Source: Gemmatimonadales bacterium (GTDB taxonomy: Bacteria; Gemmatimonadota; Gemmatimonadetes; Gemmatimonadales; GWC2-71-9). Taken from it: a stretch of DNA of 64,000 nucleotides. The translations under genes and the position numbers were made by a program. The stretch is from the NCBI GenBank assembly GCA_041390205.1, contig JAWKQJ010000008.1, positions 5,842 through 69,841 on the forward strand. Direction: 5' to 3'. Below, one piece after another: positions 7,301 through 17,341 of this stretch. Under the pieces are notes generated by a model, which was given only the letters and a program-made list of their open reading frames with translations, was not told where the DNA came from and ran no database searches. Positions within the stretch are counted from its first letter, which is position 1; every line of letters begins with the position of its first letter.

Positions 7301-8070
7301 CCGGATCGACACCGGAGGACAGGAGCCAGGAGCTCGCCGGACGGGTTGCGCTGGTCACCGGCGCGTGGCGCGGCATCGGTCGGGCCATCGCCCAGGGACT
7401 GCTGGCGCGGGGCGCGAGGGTGGCGGTCAACGTCCGGGACGCCGACCGCGCGGACGAGGCCGCCCGGTCGTTGGGGTCGGGCGCCCTGGCCGCGCCCGGC
7501 GACGTGCGCCGCTCCGACCACGTCGCGCGAATGGTCGGGGCGCCGCTCGAGCGCTGGGGTCGGCTCGACATCCTGGTGAACAACGCCGCCTTCGCGACGG
7601 CCACGCGCTTCCCGGAGCTGGAGGAGGCCGAGTGGCGGGAGGCGATGGAGGTGAACGCAACGGGACCCTTCCTCACCATGCGGGCGGCGCTTCCGGCGAT
7701 GCGCGAGGCGGGCTACGGCCGGATGGTCAACATCGGCTCGACCGCCAGCAAGACGGTGAGCACGCTGGCCGGCGCCCACTACACCGCGTCGAAGCACGCG
7801 CTGCTCGGCCTGACCCGGGCCGCGGCGCGCGAGCTCGGACCGTTAGGCATCACCGTCAACGCCATCTGCCCCGGTCTCACCGACACCGAGCTGGTCCAGG
7901 AGACGGCCGCCCCGGGTCGGCTCGAGGAGCTCACCCAGACCGCCGTGCCGGTCCGGCGGATCGGCCGCCCGGTCGAGGTGGCCGACCTGGTCTGCTTCGT
8001 CGCCTCGGAGCGGGCGGGCTACATCAACGGGGCGGCCCTCGACATCAACGGCGGCATCATCCTGGTCTGA
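7297..8070 (+). CDS. SDR family oxidoreductase (FabG-like)
   Basis: TGAWRGIG cofactor motif, NNAA, and the catalytic YTASK. The proposed TTG start at 7297 overlaps the permease stop (TTGA). There is no in-frame ATG. Confidence 0.85.
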   Translation: MTGSTPEDRSQELAGRVALVTGAWRGIGRAIAQGLLARGARVAVNVRDADRADEAARSLGSGALAAPGDVRRSDHVARMVGAPLERWGRLDILVNNAAFATATRFPELEEAEWREAMEVNATGPFLTMRAALPAMREAGYGRMVNIGSTASKTVSTLAGAHYTASKHALLGLTRAAARELGPLGITVNAICPGLTDTELVQETAAPGRLEELTQTAVPVRRIGRPVEVADLVCFVASERAGYINGAALDINGGIILV

Positions 8071-8073
8071 GCC

Positions 8074-8742
8074 TCAGGCGAGCGCGGCCCGGACCGCGCG
8101 CCGGAGCACCGGCACCAGCTCCTTCTCGAACCAGGGATTCCGGACCAGCCAGCGCTGATTGCGCGGGCTGGGATGCGGCAGCGGGATCACCGCGGGCGCG
8201 AAGCGACGCCAGTTCGCGACCGTCTCGGTCACCCCGGGGCCGGCCCGGTCGCCGAGGTGATAGGCTTGCGCGTAGCGACCGATCACCACGGTGAGCCGGA
8301 CCGCGGCGAGCAGCGGCAGCAGCCGGCCGTGCCAGGTTTCGGCGCACTCCGGTCTGGGTGGGAGGTCTCCACCCGAGCCGGTGCCCGGATAGCAGAACCC
8401 CATCGGCACCAGCGCGACGCGGCGGGAGTCGTAGAAGGTCTCGTCGTCGAGCCCGAGCCAGCCGCGCAAGCGGTCGCCGCTCGGGTCGCGCCAGGCGACG
8501 CCCGACTCGTGCACCCGCTTGCCGGGCGCCTGCCCGGCGATCAGCACCCTGGCCGACCGATGCGCGGCGAGCACGGGGCGCGGGCCGAGCGGCAGGGCGG
8601 TCTCGCAGACCCGACAGGCGCGGATCTCGTCGAGCAGGGTCGGCAGCGAGCGACGGCCCACGGCTCTCTCTCCGTTAGGTGTAACGAAAGCTAGCGCGCG
8701 CGGTCTCCGACGGTTCCCGATTCGCATCAACGGTTGTCTCAC
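8074..8742 (-). CDS. Uracil-DNA glycosylase family protein
   Basis: Contains CRVCE.., VLIAGQAPG and LPHPSPRN motifs of the UDG superfamily. The start is uncertain (8742 or 8727). Confidence 0.8.
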   Translation of the reverse strand: MRQPLMRIGNRRRPRALAFVTPNGERAVGRRSLPTLLDEIRACRVCETALPLGPRPVLAAHRSARVLIAGQAPGKRVHESGVAWRDPSGDRLRGWLGLDDETFYDSRRVALVPMGFCYPGTGSGGDLPPRPECAETWHGRLLPLLAAVRLTVVIGRYAQAYHLGDRAGPGVTETVANWRRFAPAVIPLPHPSPRNQRWLVRNPWFEKELVPVLRRAVRAALA

Positions 8743-8812
8743 CTGGCGGTCCGTCTAGATTGCGAGGGCTACGCCCGATCGACTCGCTCAAAGCGGAGGC
8801 CGCCCCCACATT

Positions 8813-11047
8813 TTGTTTCTCGCCACCGATCTCGACGGCACCTTCCTCGGGGGGCGCCGGAACGACCGCCTCGCGCTGTACTCCACCATCCGCGGTGCCA
8901 CCGACATTCGTCTCGCCTTCGTGACCGGCCGCGGGGTCGAGAGCATTCTGCCGCTCCTCAACGATCCGCTGATTCCCCGTCCGGAGTTCCTGATCGCCGA
9001 CGTCGGCGCCACCGTGCTGACCGGCGACTCGCTGCAGCCGGTGCAGCCGCTCCAGCTGGAGATCGATCGGCGGTGGGTCGGCGAGGCGGTGATTCGCGAC
9101 CGACTGTCGACCCTGTCGGGCGTCACCATGCAGCAGGTGCCCCAGGAGCGACGCTGCTCGTTCTTCGTCGAGGACCCCGCGGTCATCGAGGCGGTGCGGG
9201 AGCGGCTCGCCGACCTGGACTGCGACGTGCTCCACTCGGCGGGCCGCTATCTCGACGTGCTCCCGGCCGGCGTCAGCAAGGGCTCCTCGTTGCTCAGGCT
9301 GCTCGAGGTGATCGAGCAGGATCCGGCGGAGGTGCTGGTCGCGGGCGACACCTTGAACGACCTCTCCCTCTTCGAGACCGGGCTCCGCGGCGTCGTGGTC
9401 GGCAACTCCGAGCCCGCGCTGGTGAGCGCGGTAGCGGACCGCGAGGCGGTGCTGGTCGCCGGGGGGGACGGCGCGCGCGGGATCATGGAGGGCGCCGCCC
9501 ATCACGGCTTTCTCGAGTCGACACCGTCGCCCGCGATCATCGATCAGGTGGGGGAGGCCTCGCTGGTGGTCGCCTACCATCGGCTTCCCTTCGAGGAGAA
9601 GGAGGTCGACGGGACCGTGGTGCGCCGGCCACCGGCGAGCCCGAACGGAATCATCCCCACCCTGCTCTCCTGCTTCTCCACGGGCCGCGCCGGCTCCTGG
9701 ATCGCCTGGTCGAATCCCGGCGAGGATGGCACGGTGCCCCGCCACACGATGGTGGACGAAGACCGCTACCCGAACCTGATCGCGTCGCGGGTGCCGCTGG
9801 CGGAAGCCGACGTCCAGCGCTTCTACAAGAGCTTCTCGAAGAAGGCGTTCTGGCCCGTGATCTTCTCGTTCGTGGATCGGGCCGAGTTTTCCCAGGCCGA
9901 CTGGGATCACTTCGTCGAGGTGAATCGACTCTTCGCGGAGCGGGCGGCGGCCGACGCCGAGCGGGGCGCGGTGGCCTGGATCCACGACTACAACCTGTGG
10001 ATGGTGCCGGCCTTCCTCCGCCAGCTCCGGCCCGATCTCCGGATCAGCTTCTTCCACCACACGGCGTTCCCGCCCGCGGACGTCTTCAACGTCATTCCCT
10101 GGGCCGACCAGATCGTCGCCAGCCTGGTGCAGTGCGACCACGTCGGTTTCCACATCCCCCGCTACGTCGCCAACTTCGTCGACGTGCTGCGATCGCACCT
10201 GCCGGTCGAGGTGAACGCGACCCAGCCGTGCGCTCCCCGCTGGCGGATCCGGGGCGTGGCGCTGGCGCAGGAAGAGATCCCGACCGAGCTCGAGGTGGCT
10301 GGACGGCCCATCCGTCTGGGCGCCTACCCGGTGGGGATCGACGGACCCGCCATCGAGGACATCCTGGCGCAACCGGAGCGCCAGGACGCGGTGCAGCGTC
10401 TCAAGCAGCAGTTCGCGGGCTGCCAGATGATCCTCTCGGTCGAGCGGCTCGACTACGTCAAGGGGCCGCTCCAGAAGCTCGAGGCCTTCGAGCGCTTCCT
10501 CGGCCAGCACCCCGAGTTCCGCGAGCGGGTCGTGCTGGTCTTCGTCACCACGCCGCCCGCGGCGGGGATGGTGGTCTACGACGAGCTCCGCCACCAGGTG
10601 GACCAGACGGTCGGCCGGATCAACGGCCGGTTCGGCACGCTCGAGTGGACGCCGGTGAACTATCTCTTCCGCTCGCTGCCGTTCGAGGAGGTCGCGACCT
10701 ACTACGCGGCGGCCGATCTCGCCTGGATCACGCCGCTCCGCGACGGACTCAACCTGGTGGCCAAGGAGTACGTGGCGGCCCAGGAGGCCACCGGCGGCCG
10801 GGGGATCCTGGTGCTCTCCGAGTTCGCGGGGGCGGCGGTCGAGCTCCATGGCGCGGTGTTGACCAACCCGTACGACGTCGAGAACCTGAGCCGGGTCCTC
10901 CATGAGGCCCTCACCATGCCCCCCGACGAGCGGGCCCACCGGATGCGGCGTCTCGGGCGGATCGCCCTGCGGTACGACGTCCACGAGTGGACCCGGGAGG
11001 TGCTCGCGGCGAGTCGGGGACGTCCGGAGCCAAGCCCGGTCGGCTGA
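8813..11047 (+). CDS. ggpS: Bifunctional HAD-IIB phosphatase / GT20 glycosyl-phosphate synthase, GgpS-like (putative glucosylglycerol-phosphate phosphatase/synthase fusion)
   Basis: 744 aa, TTG start with a GGAGG SD. The N-terminus has the FLATDLDGT (DxDxT) HAD motif. The C-terminal GT20 domain has YHRLPF, SPNGIIPTL, HDYNLW, FFHHTAFP and GFHIPRYV, which match my recollection of Synechocystis GgpS better than OtsA (HDYHL). Confidence 0.7.
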   Translation: MFLATDLDGTFLGGRRNDRLALYSTIRGATDIRLAFVTGRGVESILPLLNDPLIPRPEFLIADVGATVLTGDSLQPVQPLQLEIDRRWVGEAVIRDRLSTLSGVTMQQVPQERRCSFFVEDPAVIEAVRERLADLDCDVLHSAGRYLDVLPAGVSKGSSLLRLLEVIEQDPAEVLVAGDTLNDLSLFETGLRGVVVGNSEPALVSAVADREAVLVAGGDGARGIMEGAAHHGFLESTPSPAIIDQVGEASLVVAYHRLPFEEKEVDGTVVRRPPASPNGIIPTLLSCFSTGRAGSWIAWSNPGEDGTVPRHTMVDEDRYPNLIASRVPLAEADVQRFYKSFSKKAFWPVIFSFVDRAEFSQADWDHFVEVNRLFAERAAADAERGAVAWIHDYNLWMVPAFLRQLRPDLRISFFHHTAFPPADVFNVIPWADQIVASLVQCDHVGFHIPRYVANFVDVLRSHLPVEVNATQPCAPRWRIRGVALAQEEIPTELEVAGRPIRLGAYPVGIDGPAIEDILAQPERQDAVQRLKQQFAGCQMILSVERLDYVKGPLQKLEAFERFLGQHPEFRERVVLVFVTTPPAAGMVVYDELRHQVDQTVGRINGRFGTLEWTPVNYLFRSLPFEEVATYYAAADLAWITPLRDGLNLVAKEYVAAQEATGGRGILVLSEFAGAAVELHGAVLTNPYDVENLSRVLHEALTMPPDERAHRMRRLGRIALRYDVHEWTREVLAASRGRPEPSPVG

Positions 11048-11050
11048 GGC

Positions 11051-12784
11051 GTGTTCGCGCCGATCGACTGGGCCGTCATCGGCCTCTATCTCGGCTTTGC
11101 CCTGCTGGTCGGCTTCGTGGTGCGGGAGCGGGCCGAGCAGGGACGGCACAGCTACTTCATCGCGGATCGGTCGCTGCCCTGGTGGTGGGCCGGCGTCTCC
11201 ATCGCGGCGACCACGTTCGCCGCGGACACGCCGCTCGCGATCACCGGCATCGTCGCCAACCGCGGTCTCTCCGGCAACTGGCTCTGGCTCTCCTGGCTCC
11301 TGGTCCACGCCGGTGTGGCGGTGGTCTTCGCCCGGCGCTGGTGGCGCACCGGCGTGGTGACCGACGCGGAGTTCATCGCGCTCCGCTACGCCGACCCGCT
11401 GGCGCCGGCGCTCCGCTCCTTCCGCGCGCTCCTCTTCGGGCTGGTCTACAACGCGATCATCCTGGGCTGGGTGCTCCGGGCGATGAGCAAGATCGTCAAG
11501 CCGCTCTTCCCCTGGGACGAGTGGATGCCCGGTGTGGTGGCGGCGGTCGGCTCCCTGATGCCGGCGGGATCGGCGTTAGGCGGGCCGTCGGAGCTGATCT
11601 CGCTGATCGTCCTGATCGGGCTGGTGGCCGGCTACTCGTACCTCGGCGGCATCCGTGGCGTGATCGTGACCGACCTGGTGCAGTTCGCCGTCGGCCTGGC
11701 CGGGAGCATCTGGCTGGCCGTGGCGGCCTGGCAGGCGGTCGGCGGCCACGCCGGACTGGTCGACGGGCTCCACCGGCTCTACGGCGAGCACCCCGAGACG
11801 CTCGCCTTCTTTCCGACCACCGGCCGATCCTGGGTCGACGCCCTCGGCATCGGCGCCTTCACCCTGGGGCTCTACCTGCTGGTGCAGTCCTACGCCAACG
11901 TCCCGTCCGACGGCGGCGGCTACCTCCAGCAGCGACTCAACTCCACCCGGAGCGAGCGGGACGCCACCAAGGCCGCGACCCTGTTCCTCGGCCTGCAGTA
12001 CCTGGTCCGGGTCTGGCCCTGGTTCGTGGTGGCGTTGGCCGCGCTGGTGATCGCCCCGATCGGCGCCGAGGGGGCCAACCTCCCCCCGGACCTGGCCCAG
12101 GTGGTGGCCGCGGATCGGGAGATGGCGTACCCCGCGCTGATGTTCCACCTCCTGCCGGCCGGCGTGCTCGGCCTCCTGGTAGTGAGCCTGCTCGCCGCCT
12201 TCATGAGCACCATCGACACCCACTTCAACTGGGGCTCCTCCTACCTGGTCACCGACCTCTACCTCAGGTTCCGCCCGGACGCGTCGTCCAGGCAGCAGAT
12301 CCGGGTGGCCCGAGCCGGCGTCGTCGGCTTCGCGCTGCTCGCGATCCTGGTCGGGATGCAGATCGACACGATCGAGCAGGCCTGGCGCTGGGTGGCGTTC
12401 CTCGGCGCCTCACTCGGCGTACCGACGGCGCTGCGCTGGATCTGGTGGCGGGTGACGGCCGCGTCGGAGCTGGCCGGCGCCCTGGCCGGCCTCGCGACCG
12501 CCACGGCGCTGATCCTCTGGTCGGACGCGCCCTACGAGGTCCGCCTGGTGTGGATCTCGGCGATGAGCACGGTCGGTCTGCTCGCCGGGATCGCGCTCGG
12601 GCCGACGGTCGACCGGAGCGCGGTCGAGCGCTTCCGCGCGAAGGTGCGGCCGATCGGCTTCTGGCCCGGCGTTCCGATCGAGCGGGCGGCGGCCCAGCTC
12701 GCGCGAGCGACCGGGCGGGTGGCGGCGCTGGCGCTCGGGGTGGTGGCCGCGCTCTGGCTCGGCAACCAGCTGCTTTTCGGCTGA
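11051..12784 (+). CDS. Sodium:solute symporter (SSS) family transporter
   Basis: 577 aa, polytopic. The N-terminal signature is YFIADRSLPWWWAGVSIAATTFAADTPL. GTG start 4 nt after the upstream stop. Confidence 0.85.
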   Translation: MFAPIDWAVIGLYLGFALLVGFVVRERAEQGRHSYFIADRSLPWWWAGVSIAATTFAADTPLAITGIVANRGLSGNWLWLSWLLVHAGVAVVFARRWWRTGVVTDAEFIALRYADPLAPALRSFRALLFGLVYNAIILGWVLRAMSKIVKPLFPWDEWMPGVVAAVGSLMPAGSALGGPSELISLIVLIGLVAGYSYLGGIRGVIVTDLVQFAVGLAGSIWLAVAAWQAVGGHAGLVDGLHRLYGEHPETLAFFPTTGRSWVDALGIGAFTLGLYLLVQSYANVPSDGGGYLQQRLNSTRSERDATKAATLFLGLQYLVRVWPWFVVALAALVIAPIGAEGANLPPDLAQVVAADREMAYPALMFHLLPAGVLGLLVVSLLAAFMSTIDTHFNWGSSYLVTDLYLRFRPDASSRQQIRVARAGVVGFALLAILVGMQIDTIEQAWRWVAFLGASLGVPTALRWIWWRVTAASELAGALAGLATATALILWSDAPYEVRLVWISAMSTVGLLAGIALGPTVDRSAVERFRAKVRPIGFWPGVPIERAAAQLARATGRVAALALGVVAALWLGNQLLFG

Positions 12785-12864
12785 GCCGCGGGATTGATCG
12801 GCGTCCTACGCGCCGATACCTTCGAGCCCCGGGCTCCACTCATTCAATCGACGTCGAGGTCCCG

Positions 12865-14205
12865 ATGCCAACACCGAGCGAGGACGCGCTCGCGCGGCTG
12901 CTCGCCCGCACGCGCAAGTCCCAGGCGGCGCAGGAAGAAGGCGCCAGACACCTGGCCCTCGAAGTGGTGCCCACCTTCTCGATGCCGACCCCGCTCTACG
13001 TGGAGCTCGCCTCGGGTTCTCGGGTGGTGGACATCGACGGCAACGAGTACCTCGACCTGGCGATGGGATTCGGGCCTCACGTCTTGGGACACCGCCCGCC
13101 CGCGGTGGAGGCCGCCGTCAAGGAGGCGCTCGGTCGGGCCTGGCAGACCGCGATGCTCAACACCACGCAGCACGAGCTCGCCCGCCTGCTCAAGGAGGCC
13201 TCGCCGAGCGCCGAGCTGGCGGTGTTCTGCAACACCGGCACCGAAGCCACCATGTACGGGATGCGGGTGGCCCGCGCCTTCACCGGCAAGCCGGCGGTCG
13301 CGGTGTTCGAGGGCGCCTACCACGGCGCGCACGACTACGCGCTGATCATGGACGATCCGAAGAGCGAGCGGACCGCGCCCGCCAGTCGCGCCATCGGCAA
13401 GGGAATCCCCGACGTCATCGGCGACGTGACCGTGCGGGTGCTGCCCTACCGGCACGAGGCCGCGTTCGACCTGATCCGGCGCCACGCGGACGAGCTCGCC
13501 GCGGTCGTGGTCCAGCCGGTGCAGAACATCACGCCCCGGGCCGACAACGGCGAGTTCCTGCGCGCCCTCAGAACCGTGTGCGACGATTCGGGCGTGCTGC
13601 TCATGTTCGACGAGATCGTCACCGGGTTCCGGCTCGCGCTGGGCGGCGGGCAGGAGTACTTCGACGTGGTGCCGGACCTTGCCACCCATGGCAAGGCGCT
13701 GGGCGGCGGGCTGCCGATCGGGGCGCTCTCCGGCCGCGCCGACGTGATGTCGCTCTTGAGCCGCGGCGGCACCAAGGAGGGGGTCTTCTCCGGCGGCACC
13801 TTCTCGGGCAACCCGCTCTCGATGGCGGCCGGCGTGGCCGCGGTGACGCACCTGCGGGACCACCAGAGCCAGATCTATCCCTACCTGCACGAGCAGAGCG
13901 CCCGATTGGCGGCCGCGGTGAACGGCTTCTGCGAGGCCGAGCAGATCCCGGCCGTGCTGATGAGCGCCGAGTCGATCTTCTGCATGCAGTTCACCGCGGG
14001 ACCGATCGAGAGCGCGCGGGACCTCCACCCGATCAACCGCGCGGCCGAGCGGGCGTTCTACCTCCATCTGCTCGACCAGGGCGTGCTGGTCCCGGGGGTC
14101 CACGTGTTCTTCGTCTCCTCGGCGCACACCCCGGACGAGGTCGATCGGATCATCGCCGCGTTCGTGCACTCGCTCGGCCAGCTGCGCGCCGAAGGGCTCT
14201 GCTAG
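12865..14205 (+). CDS. Class III aminotransferase (glutamate-1-semialdehyde aminomutase-like)
   Basis: An ATG at 12865 within a longer ORF gives 446 aa. Motifs: YLDLAMGFGPHVLGH, NTGTEATMYGMRVAR, FDEIVTGFR. Confidence 0.85.
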   Translation: MPTPSEDALARLLARTRKSQAAQEEGARHLALEVVPTFSMPTPLYVELASGSRVVDIDGNEYLDLAMGFGPHVLGHRPPAVEAAVKEALGRAWQTAMLNTTQHELARLLKEASPSAELAVFCNTGTEATMYGMRVARAFTGKPAVAVFEGAYHGAHDYALIMDDPKSERTAPASRAIGKGIPDVIGDVTVRVLPYRHEAAFDLIRRHADELAAVVVQPVQNITPRADNGEFLRALRTVCDDSGVLLMFDEIVTGFRLALGGGQEYFDVVPDLATHGKALGGGLPIGALSGRADVMSLLSRGGTKEGVFSGGTFSGNPLSMAAGVAAVTHLRDHQSQIYPYLHEQSARLAAAVNGFCEAEQIPAVLMSAESIFCMQFTAGPIESARDLHPINRAAERAFYLHLLDQGVLVPGVHVFFVSSAHTPDEVDRIIAAFVHSLGQLRAEGLC

Positions 14206-14213
14206 CACCGCCG

Positions 14214-15778
14214 ATGGACACGCCCACCCTGGCCACGCTGCTGGCGAATCAGGCCGCCCGCACCCCGGACGCGACCTTCCTCATGTTCAGGGACGGCCGG
14301 CACTCCTTTCGGGAGGTCGACGAGAACGCGGCGCGGTGGGCGGCGGGCCTCGCCGGCCTCGGCGTCCAATCGGGCGAGGCCGTGGTCTCTCTGCTCCCGA
14401 ACTCGATCGACGCCGCTCTGCTCTGGTTCGCCACGGCACGGCTCGGAGCGATCTGGGCGCCGATCAACACGGAGTTCCGCGGGCCCGGTCTCGCGCACGC
14501 GATCAACCTGACCCGCGGGGCGACCCTGGTGGTGGACGAGGCGATGCTCGAATTCGTCGCGCCGATCGCCGACCAGCTCCCCGCGGTGCGACGGATCGTG
14601 GTGCGCGGGTCGCCTGCCCGCGCGCCGGGCGGCCGCTGGGAGCGACTCGCGCTGGCCGACTTGCCGGCCGCCGCTCGGCCCCGATCGCGCCGGGCACCCG
14701 GGCCACCGACACGTCGCTCCTGCTCTACACCTCGGGCACCACCGGACCGTCGAAGGCGTGCGCGCTCTCCCACCGCTACGTGATCCGGCAGGCCGAGCTG
14801 ACGTCGACCGCCTGGGAGGCTCGTCCGGACGACGTCGCCTACTGTCCCTTTCCGATGTTCCACGCCGACGCGACGGTCTTCACCATCGCGCCGGCGCTGG
14901 TGCACGGGTCGGCGGCCGCGCTGGCGGAGCGCTTCAGCGTCTCGCGCTTCTGGTCGGACATCCGGAGCTTCGGCGCGACGACCTTCGATTACATGGGCGC
15001 CACCCTGGCCCTGCTCTTCAAGCAGCCCCCCCGCGAGGACGATCGCGACAATCCGGCCCGCCTGGGCTGGGGGGTGCCCCGACCCGATTTCGCACCGGCG
15101 TTCGAAGAGCGCTTCGGCGTCACCCTGGTCGAAGGCTACGGCTCGACGGAAGCGGGCATCCCCGTGGTCCAGGATCCAGGCGAGTCGTATCCGCCGGGCT
15201 CGTGCGGACGGGTCCGTCCGGAGTACGAGGTTCGGATCGCCGACGACGAGGACGACCCGGTCCCCACCGGAGCGGTCGGCGAGATCCTGGTCCGTGCCCA
15301 CGAGCCGTTCCTCACGATGACCGAGTACTTCGGCATGCCCGACGCGACGGCGCGCGCCTTCCGCAACTGCTGGTTCCACTCCGGCGATCTGGCGCGGATG
15401 GATGCCGCGGGCAACCTCTACTTCGTGGGGCGCAAGAAGGACGCGATCCGCCGCCGGGGCGAGAACATCAGCCTCTTCGAGATCGAGCAGGTCGTCGACA
15501 CCCACCCGGCGGTGCTGGAGTCCGCCGCGTACGGGGTGCCGAGCGCGCTCACGGAGGAGGACGTGGCGATCGCGGTGGTGCTCCGGCCCGACGCGGCGCT
15601 CGATCCGGCCGAGCTGATCCGCTTCTGCCAGGAGCGGATGGCTCGCTACATGGTGCCGCTCTACGTCACCTTCTGGGATTTCCTCCCGAAGACGCCGACC
15701 GAAAAGGTCTCCCGCGTCGCGCTCCGCGAGCGTCACCTCGAGCGCGCCGTCGCACCGGTCACGCCCGAGCCGTCCTGA
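14214..15778 (+). pseudogene. AMP-dependent synthetase/ligase (acyl-CoA synthetase-like), one frameshift near 14679-14682
   Basis: The N-terminal 155 aa are in frame 0 (MDTPTLATLLANQAARTPDATF..). The remainder is in frame 2 (LLLYTSGTTGPSKA, GYGSTE, GDLARMD, GRKKDAIRRRGENI). The frames join at a C4 run, and one extra C restores ..RPPIAPGTRATDTS. Confidence 0.85.
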
Positions 15779-15818
15779 ACGGCCCGAGCCATCCACTTCC
15801 CCGAGCATCGAGTCCAGC

Positions 15819-16781
15819 ATGTCCCTGCACATCATCGACGCGGACCGGGTCCGCGAGCTCCTGCCGATGTCCGAATGCGTCGACGCCATGGCGACCGCGA
15901 TGACCGCGGTGTCCGACGGACGCATCGCCACGCCGCCCAGGATCATCATGCCGCTGATCGACAAGAGCGGGTATTTCGGCGTGATGCCGGGCTCGTCGGC
16001 GGACCCCAAAGTCTACGGCGCCAAGATCGTGAGTCTCCACCCGGGCAACCCGGCGCACGGTCGCCCCGCGATCCAGGGATTCGTGGCCCTGTTCGACCAC
16101 GAGACCGGCACCCCGACGGCGCTGGTCGACGGCGCCGAGATCACCGGAATCCGCACGGCCGCCGCGAGCGGCCTCGCCACCAGGCTGCTGGCCCGCGAGG
16201 ACGCCACCACGGTCGGCATCTTCGGGACCGGCGTGCAGGCCGCCACTCACATCGAGGCGATGATCGCGGTGCGGCCGGTCACCGAGGTGCGGGTGTGGGG
16301 ACGCTCCGAGGAGCGGGCCCGCGCCTTCGCGGAGCGGGAGGCGGAGCGCCTCGGGGTCGCGATCGAGGCCACGGACGCCAAGAGCGCCGCGGCGGCCGAC
16401 ATCGTCTGCACCACGACCGGATCGCCCGAGCCGATCATCATGGGTGGATGGGTCCGTCCCGGCACCCATCTCAACCTGGTGGGCGCGCACGCGCCGCGCA
16501 CCCGCGAGGCGGACACCGCGCTGATCCTCAAGGGACGGGTCTACGTCGATTCGCTGGAGTCGACCATGAACGAGGGCGGCGACCTGCTGATCCCGATCGC
16601 CGAGGGCGCGATCACCACCGAGCACATCGTGGGCGAGATCGGGAACGTCGTGCTCGGCAGGATTCCCGGCCGCCAGTCCGACGACGAGATCACGATCTAC
16701 AACTCGCTCGGCGTCGTGGGACAGGACCTGGTGGCCGCGCACCGGGTGCTGGCCAAGGCGCGCGGCGAAATCGTGCGCTAG
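15819..16781 (+). CDS. Ornithine cyclodeaminase/mu-crystallin family protein
   Basis: 320 aa with GAEITGIRTAAASGLATRLLA and the GTGVQA Rossmann motif. Confidence 0.85.
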   Translation: MSLHIIDADRVRELLPMSECVDAMATAMTAVSDGRIATPPRIIMPLIDKSGYFGVMPGSSADPKVYGAKIVSLHPGNPAHGRPAIQGFVALFDHETGTPTALVDGAEITGIRTAAASGLATRLLAREDATTVGIFGTGVQAATHIEAMIAVRPVTEVRVWGRSEERARAFAEREAERLGVAIEATDAKSAAAADIVCTTTGSPEPIIMGGWVRPGTHLNLVGAHAPRTREADTALILKGRVYVDSLESTMNEGGDLLIPIAEGAITTEHIVGEIGNVVLGRIPGRQSDDEITIYNSLGVVGQDLVAAHRVLAKARGEIVR

Positions 16782-16891
16782 CCGGGCAGTCGCATCGCCC
16801 CGGGACTCGGCGTCCGGGGCGATGCCGGCCCCCGGGACCGCTCCCGCGGCCGGCGATTGTGCGACCGGACCGCAGAACCCATCTTAGAGCC

Positions 16892-17332
16892 ATGCGGAGA
16901 CCAACGCTGGCGGGACCCCTGCTGCTGCTCGTCGGCTGCGGCGGCGGCACGCCCAAGGCGGCCGACTCGGGCGCCACCGTGTCGGTGGCGCCGCCCATCG
17001 CCGTCCGGATCGTGAGCCCGGCCTCCGGCGACACCGTCGGTCCGGAGCTGCTGGTCCGCCTGTCGGTGAGCGGCGCGCGGGCGGTGCCGGCGGACGGCTC
17101 GCGCCGGGAGGGCGAGGGCCACCACCACCTCTTCGTCGACGCCGACCCGACGCCCGGCGATTCGGTGATCCCCAAGCTCGAGGGGATCTACCACATCGGC
17201 ACCGGCGCGGACACGCTGCGGCTGAGCGGGCTCGCGCCGGGACGGCACCGGCTGATCGCGATCTTCGCGTTCGGCGACCACGTGCCGATGCCCGGCGTCG
17301 CGCCGGACACGGCGTGGATCGTGGTGCGCTGA
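16892..17332 (+). CDS. DUF4399-like lipoprotein
   Basis: 146 aa with the lipobox LLLVGC and the GHHHLFVD motif. Confidence 0.7.
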   Translation: MRRPTLAGPLLLLVGCGGGTPKAADSGATVSVAPPIAVRIVSPASGDTVGPELLVRLSVSGARAVPADGSRREGEGHHHLFVDADPTPGDSVIPKLEGIYHIGTGADTLRLSGLAPGRHRLIAIFAFGDHVPMPGVAPDTAWIVVR

Positions 17333-17341
17333 GCCCCGGAC

